In this document: in pieces, positions 35,548 through 49,330 of the stretch
How the letters are laid out: each line of letters begins with the position of its first letter
How positions within the stretch are numbered: position 1 is the stretch's first letter
Assembly (NCBI RefSeq): GCF_001447785.1
Contig: NW_015168048.1
Location: forward strand, 1,289,610 to 1,353,609
DNA: 64,000 nucleotides
Direction: 5' to 3'
From: Gekko japonicus
Taxonomy: Eukaryota
The notes under the pieces: generated by a model
Told to the model about the DNA's origin: nothing
Databases searched by the model: none
What the model saw: only the letters and a program-made list of their open reading frames with translations
Translations under genes and position numbers: made by a program

Positions 35548-36517
35548 TGTCAAGGAAGCATGAGGCTAAACCCCGTGGATTCCCAGGGCAAGTACACACA
35601 AGAATCAGACAATTTATATATATATTAATAGGTTTATTTAGGAAATATTAATAGAAAAAGATTACTGCCAACACATTACTCTAAGATTATACAAAACAGA
35701 AAATAACAAAGCTAGCTTCAACTACCTAACACCTGCAAGAAATGCGTTAGGTGGCACAAACCTTAGTTTTGAATGGTAGGCTTCAAACTATCATTGTCTA
35801 CATTTCTAGCAATTGCAGATCATAGTCTTGGCCCATAGTCCATGAAAATCTCAGCTACCCTCTCATCTTCCGGGCCATAGTTCAATTATAATTTTGGCCC
35901 AGCACATCAGGTGATGATGGCATCCAATAAGAATAGGGTTGCCAAGAGGCCCGTTTCCCACCAGCGGGGATTGGGCCGCCGGGGGGACCCCACCCCCAAG
36001 GCACGCAACGTGCTCGGCATGAACACGTCACCCAGAGGTGACGTAATCACATCAGGCACGTTGCAGGGGGGAAATCTATCATCCGAGGGAAAACTCTATG
36101 GTTTTCCCTCGGATGATTGTGGCCCCACCCCCAATGTACCCGATGTGATTACGTCACTTCTGGGTGACGTGATCACAGTGCGCACGCAAAGCGCGCATGC
36201 CAGGAGACTCCAGGAGATGTACGGGACTCCCCCCCACTATTCCCGAGGTACGACCTGGCAACCCTAAATAAGAATATGCCTCCAGGAAAACTCTCCAGGA
36301 TATTATCTCATAGCCTTGGCCTCCCCCCTTCCATCAGAGTCACAGGTTCCCCTGAGGAACCAATTACCAGGTTCCCATTGTTGGCCTTGAAGATGATAAG
36401 AAATATGCAGGCTGAGAAACCAATTAATAACACCTGCAAGACAGTTCAGGCCTATTACCAGTCACATTAACCCTTAAGGGGAAAAAGAATGTGTGGGGGG
36501 AGGTGCTTTGCCTGACA
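35548..36517 (-). mobile_element. Solo LTR with nested GGTTGCC MITE (35935-36266)
   Basis: Terminal IR TGTCAAGGAAGCA / TGCTTTGCCTGACA. TSD ACCTG / ACCTT. Confidence 0.7.
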
Positions 36518-37044
36518 ACCTTGAATACAAAGTGTGCTGTGGGGAATTCAGCCCCATTTCCCATTCTGGGTATAGTTTGGATCTTGGCAAGTGTTCATGT
36601 TCCTTTTATTTCAAGCAACATTGTGTTCCCCCCATTCCCCCCCCAACATTTGCACGCATACATTTTCCCATCTCAACAGCTATTTGAAACGAACCTGTTA
36701 GCCCCTGTTTTACATTAGGCATCGTCAGCATGAGAAGTGAGCAGCAATGTACGTACGCACACAAATGGAATGAGTTAGCTCAACCACATGTAATCCTAGC
36801 TGAATGCCATTTTATGGTAGGTGTTTAGGGCCTCTTGTGCAAGAAGCTTTGATTTAACTACTGCTTGTAACAGTTTTACAAGTATTTCTCAGTGGACATA
36901 TTGACTTTGTAGTCCCATTATTAGTGTGGTTGCTGATTCAAGCAACATGTCAAGGCTATTATATGCTTGTATGGAATTTTAGAGGTAAAACTACTGCTTT
37001 TGTGTCTATGAAAGCATTGCAATAAAATAATAACACTGCTGTGT

Positions 37045-37365
37045 GGAGTTTGGTGTAGTGGTTAAGTGCGCGGACTCTAGTCTGGGAGAACCGGGTTTGA
37101 TTCCCCACGCCTCCACTTGCACCTGGCTGGATGACCTTGGGCAAGCCATAGTTCTGGCACAGCTGTTCTTGAAGAAGAGCAGTTTCTGTCAGAGCTCTCT
37201 CAGCTCCACCTTCCTCACAGGGTGTTTGTTGTGGGGAGGGGAAGGGAAAGGAGTTTGCAAGCCGCTCTGAGACTCCCTTGGGTAGTGAGGGGTGTGGTAT
37301 AAATCCAATCTCCTCCTCCTCCTCTTCTTCCTCCTCCTCCTCTTCTTTTTCTTTTTCTTCTTCTC
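37045..37365 (+). mobile_element. Squam3-like SINE with (CCT/CTT)n tail
   Basis: Box A/B head. The antisense poly-E ORF at 36959-37375 derives from its tail. Confidence 0.9.
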
Positions 37366-37633
37366 TCTGTAGCATGGGAAAAATCTAGAAGCTGGTACAG
37401 TGTAGTGTAGTGTTGGCTGTACTCTGGGAGATCCTTCAGTGCATGTGAACTCTAGATGGTCTTAGGAAAACTGCTCTTGCTTGGCCTCACCTCAAACTTG
37501 TAATATTGGGATGATAATAATACTGGCCTACCTTATATGGCTTTTGTAAATATTACAATACAATGATACATGTAGAGCTGTTTGTACATGGAAAGCAGTA
37601 TATTAATGTGATTAAGGGTTTCACCAGGTTTTT

Positions 37634-38554
37634 TGTGCCACACCCCGGGATATGGGTGGGAATGGAGGACCTGTACTGGCAGGCACCAGATAGAGAAGGG
37701 CAATGACCTTTTTTTGGAGGATCTGTGGCAAGGACTGTGGGCTGCCTTGGCCTGCCCAGTGGGCACCATGTCCTAGGCAGAGGCATGGCCCTGGGAGTGG
37801 CAGATTGGTGTGCAAAGAGGTAAAGTGGATATGGTGAGCACAATAGAACATCTACCCTGTTTTGATGTAAAGGGTCCGTCAGCATCCACCTACAGGCTTC
37901 ATGGCCCAGGGTGGGGAATGGGGGCTACCTTTGGAGATGCTCTGGCAGGAATTTGGTCTTCAGCAGATTTTGCAGCCCGGGGAGGCTGGGGCCTTCCTGG
38001 GAAGTTTCAGTTAGCTTTGCTGGATGGGGCTGAGCCAAGTGGCATAGCTCGCTTTCGCAGCAGGGGTGCTCACTCAGATAAGTAGGGTTGCCAGGTCTTA
38101 CCTGGCTAGCAGTGTCAGGGAGTCCCGGTCCCAGTTCCGGGAATCTTTGGCACATGTGCAAAATGCACGCACTGTGATGACATCACCCAGAGGTGACATC
38201 ATCACACGGGGCACGTTGCAAGGGACACTATCATTTAAGGAAAAACTCTATGGTGATGTCATCATTCCAGGCACATCAGCGCACATGAGGCTCTTTGGGG
38301 GTGGGATTCCCCCCCACTGGCCGGATCCGGGCTAGTGGATTGGAGGCCACTAGAGTGGGCAACCCCCGTGGGGGATCTTGCAGTCCTACAGATAAGGCAA
38401 GGAGGTAGTCAGAGGGACAACAACTACCTTGCCTGAAGTCCACATCCAGATTATGGCCTTGCTGCAGTAGTTGTAAATAATCAATAAAGTGGCCCTTAGT
38501 TAATCCCAACTCTTGTGTCTGCCTCCTTATTCCAACTGGCGGGGGGATGCAATA
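37634..38554 (+). mobile_element. Solo LTR with nested MITE (38083-38366)
   Basis: TGT..CCCC / GGGG..GCAATA termini, AATAAA at about 38483, T-rich TSD. Confidence 0.65.
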
Positions 38555-39116
38555 TTTTCCTGGTAAACTTTTTGGAAAGAGTTCTGGAATGACTGCTTGA
38601 AGTGGTTGTGGAGGTATTTGTAGTGTGTCAATTAAAGCTACAGCTTGCAAAGAGTCAGATAAGGGATAACATTCTATGGACTCAGGTCACCCTTGGGATT
38701 ATAGCACTTATTTTCATACAGTCACTGTGTGGTATTGGGGGGGGGGGTTGAAGTAATTTTTGCCTGGACCAGCTATGATTCTCAACAGACAACTCACAAA
38801 AATAAAATAAAATCCTAGCTTGTTCATGTTATCATAGATTTTGATGTGTAAAACTCAGCAGGTGAGGCTTTTTGAAGTATGGAGCTAAATCAGGGCCTCA
38901 CTTACATCTTTAAGCTAAGTGCCATTCTATCTTTATTAGAAAACCCCCTTTTTTGGTTCAGTATTGATTTGATAATTGTTACAAGTTGTATCATGAACCA
39001 ATATGTATACTATATGCTTGACCTCTGAAGAAGGCCTTTTAGGGCCAAAACATGTAGAGTCGCATCGGTTTCCACTTGTGTTTAATGTATTTTAATTTGT
39101 AATGATGCTAATGTTG

Positions 39117-39387
39117 AGCCAGTTTGGTGTTGTGGTTAAGTGCACAGACTCTAATCTGGGAGAACCAGGTTTGATTCCCCACTCCTCCACTTGCAGCTGC
39201 TAGATTACCTTAGGCAAGCCATAGTTCTGTTGGAGCTGTCCTTGAAAGAGCAGTTCTCTCATCACTCTCTCAGCTCACCTACCTCACAGGGTGTCTGTTG
39301 TGGGGAGGGGAAAGGAAAGGAGATTGTGAGCCGCTCTGAGACTCCAAGTGAAGGGCGGGGTATACATTCAATGTCTTCTTCTTCTTT
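39117..39387 (+). mobile_element. Squam3-like SINE
   Basis: Same head, body and (CTT)n tail as 6271. Confidence 0.9.
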
Positions 39388-40022
39388 TAATCATTTAACA
39401 ATAAATACACATATTTTGATAATATTTTAATTATATATATTGTTTTAAACAATAGGCCATTTACTTGGTTCTTGGCGCTAAATCAGGGTACACTAGGTCT
39501 TCCACATGTCCTGCTGCCACTCAGAGAGGTGGTGAAAGAAAAATAAACTAAAAATCACTGTCAGTTTGACCATAGAGTTTCTGGAAATTCCTAGAGAGGC
39601 ATGATGGGAAAGTAGAGTTGCTGGGCCCCTGCCAGGGGTGCAGTGCTTCCCCAAAAGGCCCAAAAGGTGATTTGATGATATCACCTGAAGTGACATCATC
39701 ACTTTGCCAATGTAAGCACTGTGACACTAGCTTTTGGGCAAAAATCTATGGTAAAATCAGCTACAAACCATAAAGTTCTGCCCCAAAACTAGAGCATCAT
39801 CCTCAACCTCGGTGATGTGCTGTCATCACTTCCAGGTGACATAATTGCACTGCATGCGTGAAGCGCACAGCAGAAAGGGATAAAGTATTCATACAAAATA
39901 CTGTGATCTCGTAGTCATTCTTTCCTTACATAAATATCCATGTAATATCAAAAAGTCTACCTCGATTAAATCCAGTGTCCTCATAAATTCCACATAATTT
40001 TTTTTCAATCGGAGAAGACGTT

Positions 40023-40281
40023 AGAAGAAGAAGAAGAAGAAGAAGAGATTGGATTTATACTCCGCCCTTCACTCGGAGTTTCAGAGCGGCTTACAAACTC
40101 CTTTCCCTTCCTCTCCCCACAGCAGACATCCTGTGAGGTGGGTGGGGCTGAGAGAACTCTGACACAAACTGCTCTTTTTCATGGACAGCTGCACCAGAGC
40201 TTGTGACTGACCCAAGGTCACATCAGCAGGTGCAAGTGGAGGAGTGGGGAATCAAACCCGGTTCTCACAGATTAGAGTCCA
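40023..40281 (-). mobile_element. Squam3-like SINE
   Basis: (GAA)n tail followed by the reverse-complement body. Confidence 0.9.
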
Positions 40282-41235
40282 GCTCACACATTTTTGTGCT
40301 CTCCAGCTCACACATTTTTGTGCTCAGGAGGGATGGCTCCAGAGTATTAAATACTTCCACAATCCATTCATCCAGCATTTAATGAAGTCCTGGTAACATC
40401 TGTCTTGAAAAGATTCTTCCTCAAGATCTGATGGTCTTAATCTTTGAGTTGTCTCAGATTTCCTGTTACAAAAGAGTATTCAAATGGAATGCAACAACCT
40501 CTCGATTCTTCATTACCAATCCATATGTAAATATGGGTCAAGCCCATGTGGCAGAAGATCCAGGAAAGGTCTAAGGATCCCCCCCCCCCCCGCTGCCAGC
40601 TAGGACCTGGCAGCACTATGGGAAAGAAGACTGCAAGAGGGAGATAGGGAACATGGGTTTGATCCCCCGCTGCTTGAAAACATTGAGTTAACTGCAAGGG
40701 AAGGCCTAACTTTTGAGTGTCCTTCTGACAACAGTAAGTCTGGATGGAAAAGAGAAAAGCCATAGAATTAGCACTGAAGCCTCCCACTGCATTAAACAGG
40801 CACACCCAGGCACAGACAAAAAGCTTCTGTGGCCTCTTGGGGATCTAACCCATGATGTCATCTCACTCTCCCCACCCTGCTGCTTCTTGGCTGGGAACCA
40901 AATGTTCATTTCCAGCTATATGGCTTCATGTTAAAGTGTCCCTATGTGGAGTTGTAGGGCAGTACAACAGAATATACTTAGTAACAAGAAAGGAAAGGAG
41001 AATCCCAGAGGTTAATTGTGACAATAGTGTACTATTCAATGATGTGTGGATCCTGTCTTGTGCAAGACTGGGCAGTTATCTCTGAGGAAGGGGTACTGAT
41101 AAGTATGAACATTGTGGCAGGCTTTGACACAGCCCTCTTCTTATGATCGTCTCAGCTGTTCATTCCGATGTCCAAGCTAAGACAGAAAGAGTGCCTTAAA
41201 AAAAAAGATCTGTCAAAATCTGTTACTGTTCACAC

Positions 41236-41430
41236 CAATGCTCCCTCTAAGCTGTGGAGTCTTGTGAACAAAAATTCTACTTTGTGAGCTACTTTGTGAG
41301 CTACTGGCATTAAAGTTGTGAGCAACTTTAGTTTGCTCTGGAGCCATCCTTCCTGAGCACAAAGATGTGCGAGGTGGAGACTAAAAAACTGTGAGCTAGC
41401 TCACACTAACTCAACTTAGAGGGAACATTG
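41236..41430. mobile_element. hAT-type MITE
   Basis: TIR CAATGCTCCCTCTAAG / CTTAGAGGGAACATTG. Near-TSD GTTCACAC / GCTTCACAC. Confidence 0.75.
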
Positions 41431-41445
41431 GCTTCACACTTATAA

Positions 41446-41759
41446 TGTACTGGGTTCAGACGCATTAGCAAGTGATCAGCTTATATTTATTAGTGAAATT
41501 CAGCTCTACTAGAGACAAACTAGCCGGGTTCGAACCCTCCTTTAATCCGTGCAGCACACAACACCCAACATACACCCCACTCCCGTGATTGGCTATTTAC
41601 AGTGTAAGAGTCCATCATAGGTCAACCTTAGGATCCGGGCAAACCAATTGGTCCGCACTAGGATCTGAGTCAGCTATTGTTCTAAATCCTGATGGTGCAC
41701 TAGACCGCATGGCTTCCTTAGTGCTACGTGTCCAGACATGTCATTATCCATACATAACA
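41446..41759 (-). mobile_element. Solo LTR-like repeat
   Basis: TGT..ACA termini, TTTATT near the left end, weak TSD. Confidence 0.5.
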
Positions 41760-42527
41760 AAAATTACTTTGCCTGTGTTCTGGCTTGTGCGGGAGTAAGC
41801 TGGTGGATGGAGCCAACATTGCTGGCCCTTTAGCCTTTGCATAGTTGAAAATATGGGCATTATAATAATTATTTGCCAGCTAGAGATTTAGGGCCATATA
41901 GCTGCAGGACTAAGCAGTTGCTTCAGATCAAGGCTTTCAGTATGATACACAACCTAATTTTGTTCTTTGTGCTTCTGAATGTGGTCAACAATATGCACTG
42001 GTAGAAAGTAATATACATTTGATTTGCAACAGTAATTTGCATCATCTTTTGCAAAAATAAAAATAGCAGAACCACTGTTGAGGATGTGTCCTCCAAATAT
42101 GCAGTGCCATCATACAGAAAGGTGGAAAGATCATCAAAAAGCAAAGAACGTGTAATTCTGGAATCCACTGGGACTGTGTGTTTGGTTACTACTAGTGGCA
42201 TTAAATTACTGTAGCATGATAGTGACTGCTGTTGTGAATATATCATTTTGTTTTGGTATACCTTTGAGCTTTGCACAGCAATGTCATAGACTTACCGCTA
42301 GCCTTTGCATTTCTTGGCCCTCTGGTGCCAATTGCTAACAAAATATTTTCCTCTGTCCCCATCAGGATCTAACAAAATGAGTTCTAGTCCTGAAAGATTA
42401 TGCTGCCCATAAAATCAGTAGTCTTTAGGGTGCCACTGGACTGTGCAATTTTTGTGCAAAGCAAACACTGCTTCACTTTGGCATACTAAGTATAACCCCA
42501 ATGGCATTTGGTCATATATATTTAGTG

Positions 42528-42722
42528 ATGGAAAATGCCAACAAGTTGCAGGCGACTTATGGTGACCTTGTAGGAGTTTCAAGGCAAGAGACATTCAGAG
42601 GTGGCTTGCCATTGCCTGCCTCTGTGTAGCCCTGGACTTCCTTGGGGGTCTCCCAAATACTAACCAAGGTCGACCTTGCTTAGGTTCCGAGATCTGGCAA
42701 GATCAGGCTAGTTTGGGCCATA
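42528..42722 (-). mobile_element. 5S-derived SINE (second copy)
   Basis: Homologous to 30619-30830. Confidence 0.8.
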
Positions 42723-43512
42723 TATACTTATTGATCCACATATCCACATTCCCATGTCATACACTGAGGGCTTTTCTTCTGGGGGAACATGCCGGAGCAG
42801 AGTTCTGGAACCTCTTCGGCAAAATTCTTTAAAAAATATTTAAATGTTCATGAGTTGAAAACGTCATTTCCCTCTTGAGAGTTCTGGCACCTCTGTTTCC
42901 AAAAAAGGGGGGAAAGAGCCCTGCATACATTCACTCACAGTATGCAGTACCTTTGAATTCAATCACTCACTAAAAGCTATGAAGAAATGAAAGCTTGATC
43001 ATTTCGGAGGGGAAGCCCTACTAGTCTGTTGTAGCCAAAACAATAAAGAGTTGTAAAGGCTAACAAATTTATTGTGACAAGTGTTCTTCTTTGCCAGAGA
43101 TCACTTTGTCAGATATCAGGACATTCCTAAAGGTGAATATGTGTATTTTCCCCCCTGCAGGATGAAATAAGAATATTTTAAGAAGAGCCAAAGATTTTAA
43201 ACAGCATAAATGGCATGGCTGACTACCTAAAAGGCAAGGAGTAAAACTTACAATAGATGGAAAATGCTAATGTAATCATAGCTTTGTTTTGCATTCATGC
43301 AGAGACAAATTTGGTTTTAATAATGCTGACCTCTGACCAAAAGCCAAAATACAGGGTTTAGAATATGGCTCCTTGACATATGTAGAGTGACATTGTTCTT
43401 AGATCCCAACCTCTGGGAAACACAGTGGGACTATAATGAAATCTTGTGTTTGGCACAGGGGAAGTAATATGTCAGTGGAAATTAATCAAATATGAGCAAG
43501 CCTGTTTTGGAT

Positions 43513-43695
43513 TCATCAATTGACTTTGAAGGAGCAATCACCTGATGGATCCCAACAAAATTTGCCATATCCCACTCTTTTCATCTCAGCTGCTCCTTTT
43601 TCTGTCATCAATTGACTTTAAAGGCGCAATCACCAGATGGATCCCAGCAAAATTTGCCATATTCCACTCTTTTCATCTCAGCTGCTCCTTTTTCT
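43513..43695. repeat. Tandem duplication, period 92 bp
   Basis: tcatcaattgacttt..gctcctttttct starts at 43513 and again at 43605, with few mismatches. Confidence 0.95.
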
Positions 43696-45283
43696 TTCCC
43701 TTATAAGGTATCTTCGAGTTTGAGAAAGACAAGTAATTTAAAGTTGAGATTAATTTACAGAGACTCAGATGTCTCACCTTAAACTAGTAGATTGTTTGTA
43801 GCATTACTCAGAAATAGGCTCTTCAGTCATTCTAATTTTAAAATGTGAGCAGAGCAAACAAAATTATGGGCACAATATATGTGCTTCCTTGAATACAGAA
43901 AGGAAGGTTCTTCATAGAGCTCATTGGAATCCTTTAATTCCCCTTCTCTCCCAGCACATAGTGTTGAATGCCTGCAGCATGCCCAGTGATTACCTGTAAT
44001 GGGATTGGAAGGTCATGTGTCTATGTGTAGAGCAGTGTCATGCATTTCCATGGAAGATGCTTGTGCTCCAAGCACAAAGCATGGCTCTTAGATGTCATTA
44101 CAGGAGGCATCCTTGGGCTTTTAGTCGCAGTAATGATTAGACATATTGCAAACTGCAATCAATATTACAGTCATCTGGGCCAAGGAAAGGAACAAAAAAG
44201 GTAAAGGGCTCCATTGAATCCTATGAGGATCTCTCAAAAATACATAGATATGTTTGCAGGAGGGAATGTATTGTACTCCCAATGTTCATATTTTTCCAAT
44301 GTCAGGCCAACTAATGTCAAAGAGAACTTGAATGTACTAAGGGTGTCTAACTGTGTAAGCTTATTCATGTCTACTCATAAGTTGACTCTATGTTCAATGG
44401 AATTTACTCCCAGGGAAATGTGTATAAATGTGTGTCTTAATACAGTGGACTGCATAGTCAGCAAACCAACCAACCATATTTTAGTAGTTGTTTGAAATTG
44501 AAGTACCTGTAATATCCCCAATCAACCTTTCTGCACACTAAGAAGATTCCTTATTCCCTGACCTTGAGTCACTGCTATAGTATCTCTGGCAGTTGTCTTG
44601 CCTGTCATGAAAGGCTAGCCGCAGACATCTTCTGCAACAGGCTCAGACGTAATTGATCTGCAGTTCTATTTGCAAAACACGTTTGTGTCAGAAGGCAGTT
44701 TATAAAACCATGCAGTTTGCATTTACTGTTACTAATACCTATTTGGGATCTACAGGACTGAAACTAATTAGTATTCAATGAAAATTGCTTATTCATTAGA
44801 AAAACAAAAAATAATAATTGTTGGCTTGCTAGTATGACTTCATATAATTAACAATTTCACATCTTTCTTGTGTTGCTGTGTTTCATATTAAGTTATCCAT
44901 TACAAATTGTTTCTCTGACATGAATTGCACTCAGAATGATGCTCACAATAAGAAGTTAGATCCTAAATTGCCTGAAGAATAAGAACCAGGATGGAATTGC
45001 TGGTTGCAGAATTTGACTTGGCTTACCATTTGCAATCTTCCCAGCTGCTTTTCTTTGAATGTTCTAAAGCTGGGTCACTTTTATCTGTATTGAGTTTTAG
45101 CAAGAAAGGAAGACTGTAACTAATGTAAATCAGTAAAATGAGTTGTGGTATTTTCTTTCCCCCCTCTCTTTTAAAGAAGAATTTTATTTTTATAACAAAC
45201 AAACAACAAACAAACACAATTACAGAAAAAATTAGAGGTACCATTTACATCATTATTTTAGTTATTTTGTTACCTCGTACATT

Positions 45284-45717
45284 GGCCCCGGTTACATGGG
45301 CCAGATAACGCGGGGGGCAGGCGTGGCTGTTTGCCCCGGAGCAAAATAAAGCGTGGTAGCCCGATCACACGGCCCCCCGAGGCTTCACACTTAGGCTGTT
45401 AGTTGGCGATCACACAGCGATGCTGGAGCATGGCAAAGAAGCGGCACGGCAAGCATTTCGAAAAACATCCGGTTTGCGATCGGACGTGAATGGGGGCTGG
45501 ATGCCATGGGATACTAGCGCTCCCATGATCAGACGCCTGCCCCTGCCCCGCCTTTTCCAGGTACTAGTGCACTTTCTGCGGTACTTTTTTACTGCACGTC
45601 TTCAGTGGGACGCTACGGGTTGTCCATGGGTGCGCTATGCTTCCAAGATGTTGCGGTGTGATTGTGCACCAAAAATCCGCATGACAGTCGTGCAAATGGT
45701 CCGTGTGAACAGGGCCT
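45284..45717. mobile_element. GC/CpG-rich MITE (Harbinger-like) inserted in an L1 3' UTR
   Basis: GGCCCCGGTTACATGG / CCGTGTGAACAGGGCC imperfect TIRs, with a sharp GC contrast to the flanks. Confidence 0.65.
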
Positions 45718-45719
45718 AA

Positions 45720-48700
45720 ATTCTTTATTTTCTGTTAACTCACCTCTTGCTGTATTATATTCTAATTCAGTTATATGTCCATATGCTTTATTTATTGTAA
45801 TCTTCCAACCATTTGTAGAATCTTGACCATGTATTTTCGAAGCTTACTTCATCTTGTTCTCTCAAAATCAAAGTTAGTTTATCCATTTCTGCAATCTCAA
45901 GTGTTTTGTTTATAATTTCTTCTTTAGAGGGCACTTCATTTTCCCTCCAATATTTAGCATATAATATTCTTGCGGTTGTCAATATATGTAAAATAAATGT
46001 CTTGTTTTTTACACTTTTATGGCATTATATTCAATAAAAACAATTCAGGTATATAAGGTACAATGCAACCTAACATTTTTGTAACATTTCATGAATACAA
46101 GACCAATACTTTTTAGCTTTATCACATGACCACCACATATGAAAGAATGAACCAATATTTTTTGGTACTTCCAACAATCATTTGATAAATCAGGATAAAT
46201 CATTGCTAACTTTTTCTGGAGTCATGTACCATCTATAAAACATTTCTTTGTATGAGGTTGCTTTGGTAATTTTTACATATGTTTTCCATATTTTTAACCA
46301 TTGATCTAAATCAATATTTATCAACCAATATTTATCAACCAATCAACCAATGATCTAAATCAATCAACCAATCAATATCATGGACCAAATTTTGTGCCCA
46401 TTTAATCATAGAATCTTTAACTATTTCATCCTGTGTCTTATTTTCCAACATTATTACATATAATTTCTTAATCAATTCATCTTCAGTATATACCAATATC
46501 TTATCTATTTCTGCTGTTTTAGAATAGAAGCCTATTAATTTGTCTTTGGCATACCTTGACTCTATTTGTGCTCTTTCCAACCAACTTAAATCTGGTTTTT
46601 GTTTTATAAGGTCTTCTGTTGACTTTAATTCATTTTTATTGTCCAGTAAATCTTCGTATTTTAGCCTTACATTCTTTTGCATCCATTTTGGGTTTGTAAA
46701 CGCTTCAAGTGGTGTGACCCATCAGGACCTGCAGTTTTCCCTTTTTTGGTTTTCTTAATGCTTCTGTTAATTCAGAAAAAGATATTGGGTCGTTTAAAAT
46801 TTTCCTTTGTTCTTCTGTAAAAAAAATTTGTATTATATATTTTTAAAAAATCTTTAACTTTCGCTTGCATGGCTTCTTCTTTTTTTTATTCCCCGAGAGG
46901 GGATTTTTTAATTATTTTTATATCTCTACAAATACTACAAAGAAAAAAGGATATAGGGAACTACACATACAGGGACAAAGTAAAGAAACCCACTACTATC
47001 TAAAAACCCAAGAGAGGAGATCTCCAACAAGCTTAGTTACAATAAGTCATTACTTCAGTTTCATTTCTATAAACTGAGTCAAACATAGTCATTTTTCTCT
47101 CTGCTAATTTTACATTTAAATTTTTAAGTGCCTGTAAACCACCCCCCATTCATCTCTAACATATTGTTGAATTCAAGGCACAATTCAGAGTCCTTCAGCC
47201 TTTACTTCTTTTTCCCCTTTCTCAGCTTATAAGGACTTCTTGGAGCTGCTACTCCCTGCTCAGTCAAAGAGTCCTCTTCGGAAGATTCTGAATCTTCTTC
47301 TCCATTCAATTTTCCATCTTTTTTTTAATATATATATAGCTTCCAATAAAAGGCTTCAATAATCTTTTCCAAAACTTTAGGCATATTTTTTCTTCTCCTC
47401 CCTTGTCTCAAAATTTTTATACTTCTTTCTGGACATAGGTATTCTTTTGCATATATAGCAACGCCCCTTTTTTCTTTAAATCTGCCACGAAGAAGACTTT
47501 ACCTAGTTTGTTAACTGTTAAGTACTTCATATCTTCCTTCCTTATATGGGTCTTTTGTATACATGTGATATCTGGTTGTAATTTCTTTATTTGGTGAAAT
47601 ATTCTCTTTCTTTTTTGTGGGCTGTTTAAACCATTTACATTCAGAGAAAGGATTTTAATCTTGTTCTTTTTCTCCATCCTTGTTTACATTTCCTTTTGCC
47701 TTAGCTCTGTATTGATATCTTGTGAGGGAACTATTCCTTTTTTCCCTTTAGCTTTTCGGTCTTTTTAAGCTTGTTCTGCTTTTAGATCTTTTTCTTCTTC
47801 ATCCCTTTCGCTCTCTTCCTCTTCTTGCCACCCTAGATTTTCTCCGTATCTTTCCAGAAAATCCTTAACTTTAAATATCGAAACTATTTTGTGTCTTTTA
47901 CCTTCATAGTTAAATAGAACTCCTTCCGGGAATAGCCATCTATAAGTAATTCCATTTGATTTTAGCAGATTTGTCAAGGTAGAGTAGTTTTGTCAACATT
48001 CTCTTCTTCTTTTTTTTTTTTGAGCCCCCGGAGGGGATTTTTCTCAACATTCTCTAATTGTCCACGGCACATCCTTTAGGATTTTTATCTCTTTTTTCTT
48101 GTATTATTACTTTGGTATTGTTAGACGCTCTAATGATTTTATCCCTCATCTCCCTTCTGATAAATTTTATGTGTTCTTCTCTGGGAGTTTTATTTCTCCT
48201 CGCATAGGAGGAGTTTTTCCTGTAGATTGTATCTATTTCTTGTTCTACGTCTTCATATGATCCTAAACTGAGTTGTTCCGCCAAATTACGAGTTAGCTCT
48301 TCTTTTAAATTTTTCTCTATTGTCTCAGGAATATTAATATTTTGGCATCTTAGTGTTAAAGTGGCTCTTTCCATTTCCAGGTTCATCAAGGATTCTTCCA
48401 GTCCTTCCGATTTTAATTTTAGTTATTTCACTTCCTGTTCTAATTCTTGCACTCTGTTCTCTGTGTTACTACAAGCTGTTCCTATTTTTATGATTTCTTG
48501 TTTATTTTCAATTACCTGTTTTTTTATATCTTCTGTATTTGTCTCCATCTGTTGTGATATTTCTTCCATCTTTGATTGTATGGGATCAGTTTCTTTCTTA
48601 ATTCAGGTAATGTATTATCAATTGTGGTTTTGATAGATTGTTACACATTCTTGTATGAGGTTCTTTAGGTCTTTGACTGACATCTTTGTTATATTCATTG

Positions 48701-49330
48701 TACTGAATTTAAGTTGACTTTGTATACCTACTTGGCCTGGTGATATTACAAATAGTCCCCAATGCAATTTAATTTATATCTATCTATATCTTAATTTCCT
48801 TGATATTTGTTTAATATTTGATGCTTATCTTTCTCTTATCTTTCTATTTGTAGGTGTATATAAGACTTTAAGTATATATGAGACAATCTTAGACTATTTA
48901 CCTAGCTCTTTTCTCCTTTCTTCTCTTATCTGTTCTATTATCTATTTTTTCTTAAGTTTCCTCTTAAGTTTTAAGCTATTTTTGTTTTAGTTTGCACCTA
49001 CACTTCATCTCTAGTCTTTATAAACTTATTTCTAATATACAGTAGCTGAAAATCTTTCTTGCCACTCAAATCTCGTTCCGCCGTCTTTTCCTTCACTCCA
49101 CCCATCTCAGCACGTCTCAGCACTCTGCTTTCAGTCTTCCCCCGGCTCCGCTCCACTCCATGAAATTCCAGTCTTTTCTGCCTCTCCTCAGCACCTCCAC
49201 TCTTCACTTTTTTCTTTTGCCTTTTCCTTGGTTGAGCCACACCTACAATCCATCATTCTGATTTGCTCTGTCACTCGCTCTCCCACTTCCTGCTCCAGCA
49301 CTTTCCCGTGTAATGGTAATTCAGCAGTAA
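45720..49330 (-). mobile_element. Degraded L1 LINE: ORF1, EN start and ORF2 C-terminus; RT deleted or rearranged
   Basis: ORF1 pieces (LRCQNINIPE, GITYRWLFPEG), EN start IKILSLNVNGLNSPQKRKRIF (47417-47677), C-terminal MWWSC and TTARILYAKYW motifs. Confidence 0.9.

Noticed and set aside
36959-37375. Poly-glutamate ORF
   Set aside because: Antisense reading of a SINE (CTT/CCT)n tail.
42298-42370. Possible minus-strand exon (ttgttag..GCG|GTAAGT)
   Set aside because: The translation is not recognisable and no partner exons were found. The similar acceptor at 43160 is closed in all three frames.
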